In this document: positions 1 through 11,887 of the stretch, piece after piece
Layout of the letters: each line of letters opens with the position of its first letter
How positions within the stretch are numbered: position 1 is the first letter of the stretch
From: Podarcis bocagei
Lineage: Eukaryota
NCBI GenBank assembly: GCA_964188305.1
Contig: OZ076886.1
Length of the DNA: 64,000 nucleotides
Strand: one strand, 5' to 3'
Program-made: the position numbers and the translations under genes
The notes under the pieces: model-generated
Database searches by the model: none
What the model was told of the DNA's origin: nothing
The model's input: only the letters and a program-made list of their open reading frames with translations

Positions 1-531
1 ATAGTTATACAGTAGTTAACAGTTATTTCAGACGAATTAAGAAGAATGACAAGGCTATACACATAGTCTTGAGTCCCCCATCAGTTTGCTTCCTTTCTCG
101 AAGGGTTTTCTTTACAGAATCCTCCAGGCTTCCTCTTTTCAGTTAAGTAATGGCCTAGCCGTATTCATAGCAGGTCACCTTGCTAATTTTGCTCAGTTTT
201 CCTGCCCAATGGATTACAAAAAGGACCCTGGGTTTAAATAAATCCCTACTGCTGTACTCCTGCAGAATACCATTTAAAATTCTTTAGTGATTCTTCACGA
301 TCTTTTTCTTGAGCAGCCTAAACGGAGGATCCTCTCCGTTTCCTCCCACCGTACGACCTCCCTTTTCATTTAGACCTCACGAATCCCACTCTCTCCATAT
401 AGGCACCTCCTAGACCGCCGCGCCTCTCAACCTTCCGCACAACCTTCTCCATTCTTCGGCGCCAGAACCCAGAATTTAGTGGGACACCCTAGCTTTCCCC
501 ATAACACCCGTGCAGACGCAGACCGCCTTAC

Positions 532-609
532 CTGGTAGCCGCATGTCGCCGCAGCTGCCGCCACCAGCGCTGCCCCCATCAAGAACCCCAAACCCGAGCG
601 GAGCCCCAT
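532..609 (-). CDS. MAN2B1: First coding exon (signal peptide) of a probable lysosomal alpha-mannosidase; gene continues left out of the window
   Basis: Kozak gctATGG at 609 gives MGLRSGLGFLMGAALVAAAAATCGYQ, then a strong phase-0 donor CAG|gtaagg. The hydrophobic leader ending xGY(Q/E) matches where MAN2B1 exon 1 ends (human ...AGGYE|TCP, recalled). An in-frame upstream ATG lies at 648. CLEAR-like boxes are adjacent, and MAN2B1 is linked to CACNA1A on human 19p13. Confidence 0.68.
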
Positions 610-643
610 AGCTGAAGCTCCTGCAGCAGTTGCCAGAGAGGCG

Positions 644-862
644 GTCATGTGACCAGCCACTCACATGACAACTAGAGCAGGGTTCCGGGCAAGCCACGCC
701 TTCCGTGGCTGGGGGGAAAACGAAAGCGATTGGTGGGCGGCCCTGCTGTGAAACTCATTCAATTAACTTTGCGCGATGCTGACGGAGCCCTTGCAATTGG
801 CTGGCTGGGAAGAGTGGGCGGTGACTATTAATTGAGCGCCTGTTTTGTCGAGTGCAGGAAGT
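644..862 (-). promoter_or_regulatory. CpG-rich promoter of the putative MAN2B1, with CLEAR/M-box E-boxes, CCAAT boxes, GC boxes and an ETS site
   Basis: GTCATGTGAC 644-653; CTCACATGAC 660-669; ATTGG 729-733 and 796-800; GGGCGG 735-740 and 816-821; CAGGAAGT 855-862; CpG-dense 410-870. Confidence 0.65.
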
Positions 863-1241
863 AGGAAACGTAAAACTGCAAAGCTTGCTGCTTTTCCTCT
901 AGGTCTCATCATTGCCAAGGGAGAGAGGCCAACCCATTTGTCCTCTGGCACAGAGTGGTCCCCTTTGGTCCCTTAATGACCTTAGAGGGCTTGGCTATTC
1001 CAAGAATTAGAAGGAGGCTTCAAGCATTAGAAGGGTCTCCGTCTGCAGCCTACTCCTCCACCCAAACGCATAACAATATATACATCTTTTAAACTGAACC
1101 TGCCAATGCAAATGTAAGCCCTGCCCCATGTTATTAGTATATCTGTACTGTAGTGAATTGCTTTGTGGTTGAGAAAGTGTGGGTTGCGTTAGCCCTGCTG
1201 CGAAACTCAGTACTGCTGTAGTAATATTGCTGGGTGTGTGC

Positions 1242-1242
<1 letters not shown>

Positions 1243-1305
<63 letters not shown>
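1243..1305. repeat. (GTT)21 microsatellite
   Basis: Perfect trinucleotide run. Confidence 0.97.
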
Positions 1306-2029
1306 AGACAGTAGTGTATGACAAACCTTCAGTGTAGTCCAGTGTTGTTATTCTGTCTCTTAGTATAGTGGGGTCTTTTGTGGATTATATGGGAAGGGAA
1401 TGATAAATTGCTTTCCCACCCATCAAGAGGAAATAGGGATATTCTTGGGGATGGGTTTTTGCTGCTAGATGTTAAAATACTTAAATCCTCTTTCCTATAA
1501 AAAAAGGGGGGGGGAGCCCAAGTTTATGTTAAACATTTTTAATATTTTTACTTTGGTATCCTCAGTTTCCCAGGCAACCTACATACAGCTAACAGGATAC
1601 AGGTTCCATCCAGGTTGTTTACAGCGACACAAACGCATACAACTCAATCCTATGCATGACTATGCAGAAGTAAGTCATGCTGAGTTTAATGAGATATATT
1701 CCCATAGGATTGCAGCCACAGTGTTTGCATCTGTACCAGTTCTAAGACGTCACTCTCTCTTGTTTTTAGGAGGTAATGGATGTAGGATGTAGGATTTAAG
1801 AGGTGTCTTTTTGGCTAGGCTTGACAGTTTCTTTTTTGTTTTTCATCCAAACACCAGATGATGCTTACGACAAGTATTATGGGGACAGCCAGCACACCAC
1901 TTTACCGCTTTGGAAGTGTGAACTTGCACATCCAGACTGCTAGCATCTTCTTTTCTGCTGAGATACCAAGTAACGGAACTTTGTCTCCGCTACCAGCTTG
2001 GTCTTTATTTTCTGTGTAGCTTCATAGAA

Positions 2030-2900
2030 TCTGTCAGCATGTGACAGCAGCCATATCCCGTGAAATGGCTTTGATTGACTGGCTAAACCAAGTGAGGGAA
2101 GCCAATGGGTTTCAAACCTTCAGTGAGTTAGGGACTTTCCCTGCATGCGAAGACAGGCTCTGGCAGATCAAGCGGATGAGATCAACAGTGGGTCCAAGAG
2201 TCCAGAAGGCAGTTACTGCACATGCTGTAGAAGGAAATGAGGAGGGAGGGGCTCATGTACATGTGAAGATAGCCCATCTAGGAGAAGGAAAACGCTGATC
2301 CTAAACCTCCGATACCTTGTGGCTATACTCATTCATGATAAAGGCTTCAGGGGCAAACCCCAAGGAAAAAGCCATACCCACTGCCTTGTGGGACATCTCT
2401 GGGAGAAGAAATGGCTAAGGAGTAAATCCTACACAAATCCATGGAGTCCCTAAGACGGTTGGATGGTGCCTTGTACGTCTCCTTTCAGCAACTCCTGCAG
2501 CCAAGCTCGTCCCAAATGTCTTTCTCTGGTTTCTTTTAGAGCACATCAGTGATGCTGAGAATGAGGTCTTGTTGTCTGGCTGGCCCAGGACCTCCATACG
2601 CACAGCCCAGGCTTGCACCAAAGAGGTCACTTCAGTTCTGGTCATTCAGCAGAAACAACGCGGGAGGCAGCAGTTACGAGTTACCAGTCTCTGCAGACTT
2701 CACCCCTGGAGGCACATTCCATTGTCTCTCAAGACAGATGGAGGCCAACAACAACCTGCATTGGTAGAGAGGGCTGTGATCTCTGTTGACTCACCATGCA
2801 GCAAATGATGCTGAAACTTACCTTTTTCAATGACAGAACTGCACTTGTGAATGCAGAAACGTATGTCCAGGCTCCCAGACTGAACAGTTTCCCCAGGTGC
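2030..2900 (+). mobile_element. Degraded RTE-clade LINE-like fragment
   Basis: Motifs such as ctaggagaaggaaaacgctgatcctaaacctcc and ggagtccctaagacggttgg resemble RTE-clade 5' regions. No intact ORF; boundaries approximate. Confidence 0.35.
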
Positions 2901-5739
2901 TTGAATAGTAATAGGGTGACTGATGAGGTGGATATGCAGTGAACAATGTGTGTAGTTGCTACGCAGTTGCCATAGTTTATGACTTCACTCCAACTTTAGG
3001 TAAACCATTAGTGCTGAAGTATGGTCAATTAAGGCCTTGTAAAGCAAGTTTAGATTTCTGCAGCCATCATACAGGCAGTGGGGCTTACTACCTTCATGGA
3101 AAACATTTCAAATTAAAGGTATGCAAGTGCTATAAAAGGAAATGTAGACACACTGCCCTTATTGCCAACTCTAAGTGGGGCTTTGTTAGTTCCAGCGTAT
3201 GTCAAAGGCAGCCCTACTAGTGGCCATTATTTGGGATGTTACTGGCTTCTTTCATGAACATCAGGAGCCCACGGCCATCTCTCCTTGCTCCCATATTAAC
3301 ACACCTACAGGTGCCAAACTGACGGCATCTTAAAGCACTGCTAGAATCCAGGGATTGCCACTTGGTCCCCTGCACACCAAATTTGGTCCTTGAAGCAAAT
3401 TAATCTGGCCAGTATCCCTATATTTTAAATCAAGGAATGATAAACATTTTATTCACATTCTTAATGGAAATAAGTGAATGTGTGTGAGAGAGATGCCATA
3501 CCTTAGTGATACATCTTGCTTTTTTAAATTTAACACTCTGGTTGACAGCTCCTTGGAGACTTCATTATAGAACCTGAACATCCATGAGGAAGTTGGGTGG
3601 TGTAGCAAAATTCCCTTCTAGTCCTTAGATCAATGTCTGCAGAATAATGTGCTGTCCCCAGAGAATACTCACATTAGTTCTTCCTGCCATTCTAACTTTA
3701 TTCAGAAGATACCACCCATATTTTGCTTAACACTGGTGTCTGTGTTCAGCATGGTCAAGTATCTGCCAAGGGCCCACCCCCTAGGCAGGCTCCTGCACCT
3801 CTTCTCCTATTCACCACTGCAGCCTGCTTATTTGCCCACTTCTCATTCTCACCCAGATGAGAGCAGTAATGAGGCAAAGCAATAGATTGCTTGCTAACTT
3901 GCTGGCTTTTGACCTGGCAAGCAAGGAGGTGGCAGCAATACCAAGAAAGAAGAGCAGCACAAGCTGGTGCTAATAGGGATGGGGTGGTATATTCACTATG
4001 GGAGCAGGGACCATGGAAGAGGTCTTGCTCATGAGCTCTCCAAGTCCTGAAACCTGGACAACACAGGAGCAGGGGCATGCTGAATAGTCCTACTCTCAGT
4101 CTTCACACAAACAACACAAGCACCATTCTGCACTCATGTGATTGGGGCTCCAGATCATGAGGAAGCATTTGGAATGCCCCATTGGTGCAGGCTGCCATGC
4201 CGCTCATACAGAGACTAGTTACTATTTGCTCATGCGTTGAGCAACACAGGAGCAGTATCTTCTGAAGAGTCTCTTGCATGTTCTAGCCTTCCACTTTTAC
4301 AAGCAATGGAGAGAACATGCAGCTGCTGGTCCCAAGACCGATCCTTACACAGTGCTGATAAACAGTGTCAACTAAGCCCTGCTGCATTGCTGAACGGTGA
4401 GCCAAACTTATTGTACTTTGCTGAACTAGCAGACATTACTCAAGGGTCCATCAGTGTTGAGGAAGTGTTATACAGTATTATTTTTTAAATAAACTCTTGA
4501 TAGGATAGGCTTTTCTGGCATAGATAAAAATGTTCCATTATGGTGCATTATATTTGAGATTAACTGGTTGAATCTTTAGCATGTATGTTTTACCTACAAG
4601 GGATCTTGCCTTCGGATTGTGCTCAATGGGCCCCTGTTATTCTTTTTTCAAAAGCTAGAGTTGGGGGTATTAAAGGTTAGGGGCCCAAGATGCTGACCCG
4701 CATGTGGCCCACTTATATGGGATTTGCCTGAATTCAGATACAGGGCTAGACCTGTGACCACAATTGTCTCTAGTAATAATGCTATTCTTGAGTGTTTCAG
4801 TCACAGCTGCTGTACACCAGCTGGTCTTTCAGTGTAGTAGCTTTCTCTTCTGTTACAAAGAAGTTGTTAGTGATAATCAGTTTTTTTGCCAATTTATAGT
4901 TGGGGAGTAACTGCTGAAATAGCCTCAAATACAGTCCATAAGAATGTTTCTATGTGATGACCCTGAGAACCACTCTTGTATGAATGTACATGTAAACATG
5001 CATTGCTTGTACGTGGAAAATATTTGTTTGCAATCTTTTCTGTCAATTGGGTACAGACAAGGAAGCCAGGAATGGCCATGTCACTCCATCACATATACAC
5101 ATAGTGGCAAATATGCATTGTTCACCATCACATGTGTGAAAGTAACATATGTAAACTGAACACACACCCAATTCCATTTTTGGCCCTGACATTACTCTAA
5201 TATTGACAGACAGTGTTATAATGGGGAAATAGGTTTGGAGACCATATGACACTTTCATTATATATTCAATAGCGAATTTCATCCACCAATCCTTGTGATG
5301 TGTCTAGCAGCTGGGTCAGTGATGAAGAGAGAAGACAAAGGGCTTCATTCTCTGGTGCTTTCAGCATATCACTCCAGATGTTGACTACAGGGGCCTCAGG
5401 TATGGTATAAAAATATACAGACAACCAACTAGGTGTCTGTCAGGGTGAAGAGCTAGGTAAGAGATCCCGTTGTGGTTGAACACAGACATATAGGTGTACT
5501 TGGGAATGATCAGATTATAGAAAGACCCACATTCTATTCAAGGTCTCTTGTTGAACAGCTTCTGCTTAATGATCTGATTTGTTGTTCGTTCTTTGCAGCT
5601 CAGACAGCAGCAACCAATACTTCTCATCAACCATACATAGCTGTACATTTTGCTTTATGTAGCATTATAAATGAAAAAGATGAAAGGGAAGGAGGGAGGA
5701 AGAGAGCAAAGTAGGAGGAAACTAACAATAAAGCACATT

Positions 5740-6911
5740 TCAATTAAAAATTCATTTTTTTAATATTTTTGTTTTTTTTAAAGGATTTTTAAAATTTTTC
5801 ATCATTTGTCTTTTTACTTTGTTTCATGCAATATTTCACAGTCCCAATCCCACAGGTTTTTTTTTCAACTTTTTTTTTCAAACAAAGTAGGAAAAAAGAA
5901 ATAAAGAAGCTGAGGAATTAGTAATTTTTTGATGTCATTTCTTTTTCTTATTTTTCAAGCAGGACCAAAATGTCAGAAGAAAATGCTTCATTTTTATCAA
6001 TTGTTTTTGTCCTTTTTTGTTTTTTTCTGTTTAGTTTTATTATTTCTTTTTTTTTATCTCTGCAGGCAGTAATATTAGGGTTTGGTATAACCAGCAAGCA
6101 CTCCTTTTGTTTGTGTGTGTGTGTTTGTGTGTTGGGTGTGTGTGTTTGCGTGCGTGTGTCCCTCTTAAAAGGTCAGGCCACAAACTTTTTTAAAACTTTT
6201 TTTTTTAAGTTAACCAGGTAAACTGAGATGATAAAACTCATCAATAGAAGCCCAGAAAATTTTTTTTGTCTTTTTGCTTCATTTTACGTTTTTTAAAAGG
6301 TTTTTGTTTCTTAAACTTTTCCAAAACGTCTTTGCTGAGGTTGACAGACTCCTTCCTGTTGCTCCCACCCGTCCCTAGGTATAGTGGCTTCTGGTCTCGT
6401 TTCTCAGAGGCATAGTTAGCTGTAGCGTGGGGCTCTTGGACTGCACAATTTCCCCACACCTGAGTGCATTTTCTTTTGTAAATTCTGAGTAACGTCCCCC
6501 CCTCCCACCCTCAAATCACCACACACGACTTGATCTGTAAAAGATAAACATGCTCTGATCTCCCAGACCCTCTCTTCCCTAGCCTCCCCACCCAACCCCC
6601 AAACCCTTGCCCCCCACCCCCCTCCCCAAGCCCCCCCAACAAAAGATAAAAAGTTTCTTTCCCTTGCCCACGTTTGCAGGGTTCTCTTCCGGGATGCCTT
6701 CCCCAAATCAGTTGAGTTCGCGGCTATTCATCCATCCACCCACCCATTCTTCCTTCCTTCCTTCTTTCCTCAAGCGCGCTCTCTCTCTCTCCCCCTCCCC
6801 TCACAGCTCCCCTCCCCCCTCCCCCAACCGGGAATGCCATCCCTCTCGGGTGTGTGTGTTTCGTGTGTTTCGCGCGGGCGCGCATGTGTTTAAGGTGAAA
6901 CCACTTCTCGG
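5740..6911 (-). other. CACNA1A: CACNA1A 3' UTR (long isoform)
   Basis: Between the TAA at 6912-6914 and the putative polyA site; contains G-rich tracts, CA repeats and A-rich tracts. Confidence 0.65.
5759..5764 (-). terminator. Candidate CACNA1A polyadenylation signal (ATTAAA)
   Basis: ATTAAA on minus at the end of an A-rich 3' UTR, followed ~20 nt downstream by GU/U-rich tgtgctttattgttagttt. Confidence 0.5.
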
Positions 6912-7592
6912 TTAGCAGCAGTCGTCCTCATCGGTTTCGCTATAAGGTTCGTGCAGTCCTTTGCGTGATCCTGTCCCACGCGACTTGGCTGGTCCATGCG
7001 AGTGATAGTACCCATTGGGGAGCCGCCGCGCATGCCTGGAGGGGGAGAGAGAGGACGAGCCGCTGCCCACCCGGGAAGTTCTGGGCGAACGTCCTGAGCT
7101 GCTCCCGTGCTGCTGCTGCTGCTCCCGCTGCTGCTGCATTGTCTCATAGGGGAAGGCTTCCTCGCCGCCGGGGCCCGCGTAGTCCGGACTCCGGTAGTAG
7201 CCGCTGCCGTGCCGGGGCCCCGGGTGCGGCTCGGAGACGTGCGGGGCCGACCAGCGGCTGCTGGCGTGTCGGTAGGCCCGCGGCGAGTCGTTCCGCGGCG
7301 GGACCGTGTGCCGCTCCATAGCCGGAGACCTGCTGCGACGCTCGGAGACGTGGTGCTCGGCGGGCAGCGACGGGTAGCGCCTCGGGGCTGGGCTGGAGAT
7401 CCGGCCCGAGTGCACGGACGGCTGCTGCTGCTGCTGCTGGGGCCCCGTGTTGACGGCCTTACGGACCACGGGGGAGTAGGAGATATGTGGCCGGGGTGTA
7501 GAAGGGGTCTGTGGGAGCTGGCGGCGTCCTCGCCTCGGGGTGCTGGTGCCAGACGTTGAGAGGACCGGACTCCCACTTACGGAACTACTGCC
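6912..7592 (-). CDS. CACNA1A: CACNA1A exon 47, long form (226 aa + stop): [35 protein letters not shown]...QQQQQQ...[12 protein letters not shown]
   Basis: Acceptor ttcgtgtag|GGCAGTAG; open frame to TAA 6912-6914; RIM-BP SH3 ligand RQLPQTP; polyQ. The alternative acceptor 5 nt downstream (start 7587) gives an immediate TAG (short form). Confidence 0.95.
   Translation of the reverse strand, partial: GSSSVSGSPVLSTSGTSTPRRGRRQLPQTPSTPRPHISYSPVVRKAVNTGPQQQQQQPSVHSGRISSPAPRRYPSLPAEHHVSERRSRSPAMERHTVPPRNDSPRAYRHASSRWSAPHVSEPHPGPRHGSGYYRSPDYAGPGGEEAFPYETMQQQREQQQQHGSSSGRSPRTSRVGSGSSSLSPSRHARRLPNGYYHSHGPAKSRGTGSRKGLHEPYSETDEDDCC
7422..7439 (-). repeat. (CAG)6 polyglutamine tract at the SCA6-equivalent position
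   Basis: ctg x6 on +; [21 protein letters not shown]. Confidence 0.9.
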
Positions 7593-10500
7593 CTACACGA
7601 AAATCGAAACAAAGGAAATCAAAAAGAAAAAATATACAAGGAAAATCAACCAAGAAGAGACACGAGGAAAAGTGGCGGGGCAGGAGTGAAAGTGACACAG
7701 ACATGGACAAAGTTGGCAAGAGGAGTGGGGGGGGGGAATGGAGGCAAAGGAACGAAAATAATTCGGCGGGGAAAATAATAATTAAAGCGACAGCCACATC
7801 AGGGGGGAGGGAGAGGAGGGCAAGGGGGACAACGAAGAAGGGTAATAATAATAATAATAATAGGAGGAGGGGGGAGGATCCAACACAAAACAAAAGCAGA
7901 AAGAGAAATGAGAAATGGAGTTTTTATAAGTTCCAGGGTTTAAAAAGCAGCAAAAAGCTTTAAAAATTACTTGCACGTTTTTTTTGGCGGGGGTGGGGAG
8001 GGGAAGGAAACAAAACAAACAAACAAAAAAGGGTGATGGTCAATTTATTTAAGAAAACAAAAACTGAAGGAGAGGGGCGGGGCAGGATTGATTTTGCAAA
8101 GCACGGGTCATATTGCATGTTATCAAAGTGGTTAGGAGGGGAAAATAAGAAAAGAAAAATATCGAGTTGAAAAAGGAAGGAGGAGGTTGGGACAGAGTGA
8201 CGGGGTAGAAGTGGGAATCTAGCAAGGAAAGTGAGGGAGAGCACTGGGTCTGGAAAAGTTTGGAACAGAGCCGAACTCTTGAGGGAGGCTGTTGTGTACC
8301 TGTGAAATGTTTAAGCTCTTGGTGTAAGGCCTGTGCGTGCATGTTCTCAGTTCAGGCAGGCAGGCAACAGTGTGGGCTCCCCAGTCTGGTGGAGCCCTGG
8401 ACCAAATGAGAGTTCACCTCAGAGGCAGTTTCCCACTTCGTGCACACTGAACTCTACATTATTTATGGATGATAACTCCTCCACCCACATACAGTTAAAG
8501 TGGCCTCCTTGACCAGATTGCCTGATGGATTGCAGTACAACAGACCAAAGCTCCACCCAGTCCTTAACCCTACTTGAATAACATGTGGAAGACAGTAACA
8601 AAGCAAAACAAAACCCTAAATGCAAAAGACCGAGACCTTTATTATATTGCCAGTACTGAGCAGTTTACTCCAGTTGTGAAGCTGAAGGGCTCATGTCTTA
8701 CTAATTGTCTTACTTCACCAATTCTTTGGACTGTTAGGCTCAAATGAGTTTTTATGAGTTATGTCATACTATTTGTTCCACAAATGAATCTTGTTAATAT
8801 GAAGAAATAAAATATGCATTCTGAGCACTGTATATGTCACATTAGATTGATTTAGTAACAGATGTAAAACTTGTGTGTAAACCCCCACCCCCATTAAGTC
8901 TTGTGCCAGACTATAGCAGCTAGAAAAAGAGAACTACTGAATGAACTTCAAAAAGTACACATTTTTAGTAAAATGACTGCAGATCAGACAGACCGGCAAG
9001 ATAATGAAAGAGAGGGATTTTCATCTGTCTGGCTTGGATAGGGGCTTTGTTCCATGGCAAGTGAATGAGGAGGTGTGTGTTGAAAATACTGATACTGTAC
9101 TTCCCTCGCTGTCAAGAGAATGGAAATGGGTAAGCTGGGTACCAGGGTATGTACTATATGTACTATATGATGCGACCTCCAATTATCACATTGTCACTAA
9201 ATCTAACAGTAAAGCAAATGACACAGAGCAGGCAAGGAAAATTTTCTGACTCTAGCACAACTACCTCTGTCTAGGAATATGGATGAGAGAATAAGTTTCA
9301 GTATGGTTTAAAATGAGGAACAAAGAGGATAGTCACTGATATTTTTCCATCAGGAACACACACACACTTGGCTGTGCAGTGCTATAAGGTTCTATGGCAT
9401 ATTAGAAATAATTTCATATTAAATAGGTAGTGCTTTTAAAGTTAAATTTGATTAGCAGTTTCTTAAGGCAGGAAACAATATGTTTTAACATCTGAACTGC
9501 AAAGTACTGAGCAGCAAAAAATGCAGTGTTCATTGAAGCCAGCAGCAATGTCTCTTTGCATCTTGGTCAAATATAGGCTGCACTACATTTCCAGGTGCTT
9601 CTAATGCCCCTTTCTTGAGAGTTTATATGGTGCCTTTGGCTCTATAAGTAAGAAATATGAAGTTCAAAGTTGAGGAAGGCTAAAAAAAGAGAATTGGGGG
9701 TAGCTTTCTAAGAAGCACCTGGCAGAGCTGAATCCCGAACTAACAACTTTCAGATCATATCCTTCACCTCACCCCAACTAAAAGAATAATTTTTTGTTGC
9801 TGCTATCATTAGGTAACCATTGGTAAGTTGCTTCTACCCTTCCTGTTGTCACTTTCCCTGTAAGCAAAATTTTTATCAGTTTCCTTCAAAGAGGCTGAAC
9901 TCATTGTGATGGGTCTCTTCAGATAAAGCACACTCAGAAAGCAAACTTTGTGTGATTTTTAAAAAAAGTTCTATAACATGGCTGAATGGTTCGGTGTTAT
10001 TGCTATGAGAAGCGTCTGATAGTGTCTAGTATTGGCTGAACCAACAAAAAGTGAAAAGACAATGATGTAGCCACACATGCAGAGGCAGCTGTTTCCTTCA
10101 TGGGAGTTGGCACCTCTCTAGTGATAGAAGACCCCACTTGGATGGCCCTCAACAGGATAATAAGGCCCCTAAACTCCAGCTGTTGATGATAAAAAGTGAT
10201 AGATGTATACACATAGACTCTGTAAATCACCCAGGAAGGTGAAGCCAAGTTGGTCATTCAAATGGAATCATTTTGCATCTGTGATCAGCCAATTGGGACA
10301 AGAGAACTTCAGAAGAGTAGTTTGAGAGTAGTGGAAATCTAGCTTGAGTTCAGCCTTATAGAACTAGAATGCTGGAGAGAGGCTCCTGAAAAACCTGCAA
10401 TGTGGTTGCCCTGGGTCTTGCACCACAGAAAGTTGTGAGAAGAGGCTTCTGTGGCATCGTTCAAGTGATCAGCCACTCTTTGCCAGCAATGAAAAGGAAA

Positions 10501-11533
10501 TAGCTCCATAGCTGTGAATAAAGTGAATCTGTGAGCCAGTCAGCAGTCACTCCTCAAAAGGTGGAGCATGGTAAAAGCTGCTCTTCAAGTGCAGCAGGAC
10601 AGTGTCACAAGACTATATCACAATATCCAAGCAGGAACTGTGGAAACTTCTTTAAGAGAGATCTGAACATTACCAAAACCCAGATGTGCAGGCATTGCAA
10701 TTTACATAAGCCTGGCAAAAGGTGACAAGAATCTGAGATAAATGAAGAAGGTCCAATTAGATGTATAAACTAATCTGCTTAGGTGAGCAGTTGTGTCGCA
10801 CACATGGTGAATAGTCTTTGGGAAGAATCTAGGCTGAACTGGAAACCTATAGACCTAAGAAGATCTGAAGAAGAAAGGGGAGACTGCATCTCAAAGAGCT
10901 GAGAGGTTAAGTCCATTGTTGTTGAAAGTTATCTCTGGATATATACTTTTTTTAAAAAGGAAGAGAATGAAGTACTTACCTCAAAGGGGAGCTGGAGGTG
11001 GTCTTGAGGTCTGTTCAGACAGGAGGACAATAATGGTTCATGGCATAGTAAAAAAAAGAAGAAGGCCTTACTGTAGAAGTCTGAGAGAACTCCAGCCCAT
11101 GAGAGTTAAATATGAAGGACAAGTTAAAATAGAAGAGAATACTGCTTGCTGGTGGTTTTTTTTTAATTTATAATTAACCTCGATCTAATATGGAAACATA
11201 TTTTAAGGGAGAATGTGTTGCTAACCACTGAAGCAGCTCCATGCTGCTTGGTACTTGAAAGTGGCTGCCATGCTACAGTTTTCTTGGGCTGATGATCAGT
11301 GATTCATGGTCAGAAGAAGACCAGGTGAGAGGGGGAGAGAGAGAGAGAGAAACCAAGACAGAGAAAGTAATTGAAGTAGCACCAGGAAGGAAAAGCCTAC
11401 CAAACCAAACAGGAATCATAATTAGGAAAGGTATCCTAGGTTTACAAAGCAAGTTTTTGTATGCTCTGAATGTGCTCATGTGTGTGCACATATATGTATA
11501 TAACCACATTGCTGGGAATTTCACACATATGTA

Positions 11534-11887
11534 CAGTGGTGCCTCGCAAGACGAAATTAATTCGTTCTGCGAGTTTTTTCGTCTAGCAAATTTTTCGTCT
11601 TGCGAAGCACGGTGTCGGAAAAGTTTTGGAAAAGCTTCAAAAATCACCAAAAACCTCAAAAAAGGCTACCACACCGCATTCTATGAGTTGCTCCTCGAAG
11701 TCAAGTCGCAACTGTATTAACGGTGTTAAGAAAAAGGAAACAAACTTGCAAAAAACGCAAGATGTTTTCGTCTTGCGAAGCAAGCCCATAGGGAAATTCG
11801 TCTTGCGAAGCAGCTCAAAAACCGCAAAACCCTTTCATCTAGTGAGTTTTTCGTCTTGCGAGGCATTCGTCTTGCGGGGCACCACTG
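11534..11887. mobile_element. Tc1/mariner (Tigger/pogo-like) non-autonomous DNA transposon
   Basis: TIRs cagtggtgcctcgcaagacgaa / ttcgtcttgcggggcaccactg with TA target duplication; internal ttcgtcttgcga repeats. Confidence 0.85.

Noticed and set aside
5727-5732. AATAAA on the plus strand
   Set aside because: No plus-strand gene is evident upstream; better explained as the U-rich downstream element of the minus-strand polyA site.
6890-7576. 228-aa alternative-frame ORF and antisense ORFs over exon 47
   Set aside because: By-product of GC-rich coding DNA. The frame is closed by TAA at 7577-7579 just after the acceptors and has no ATG start.
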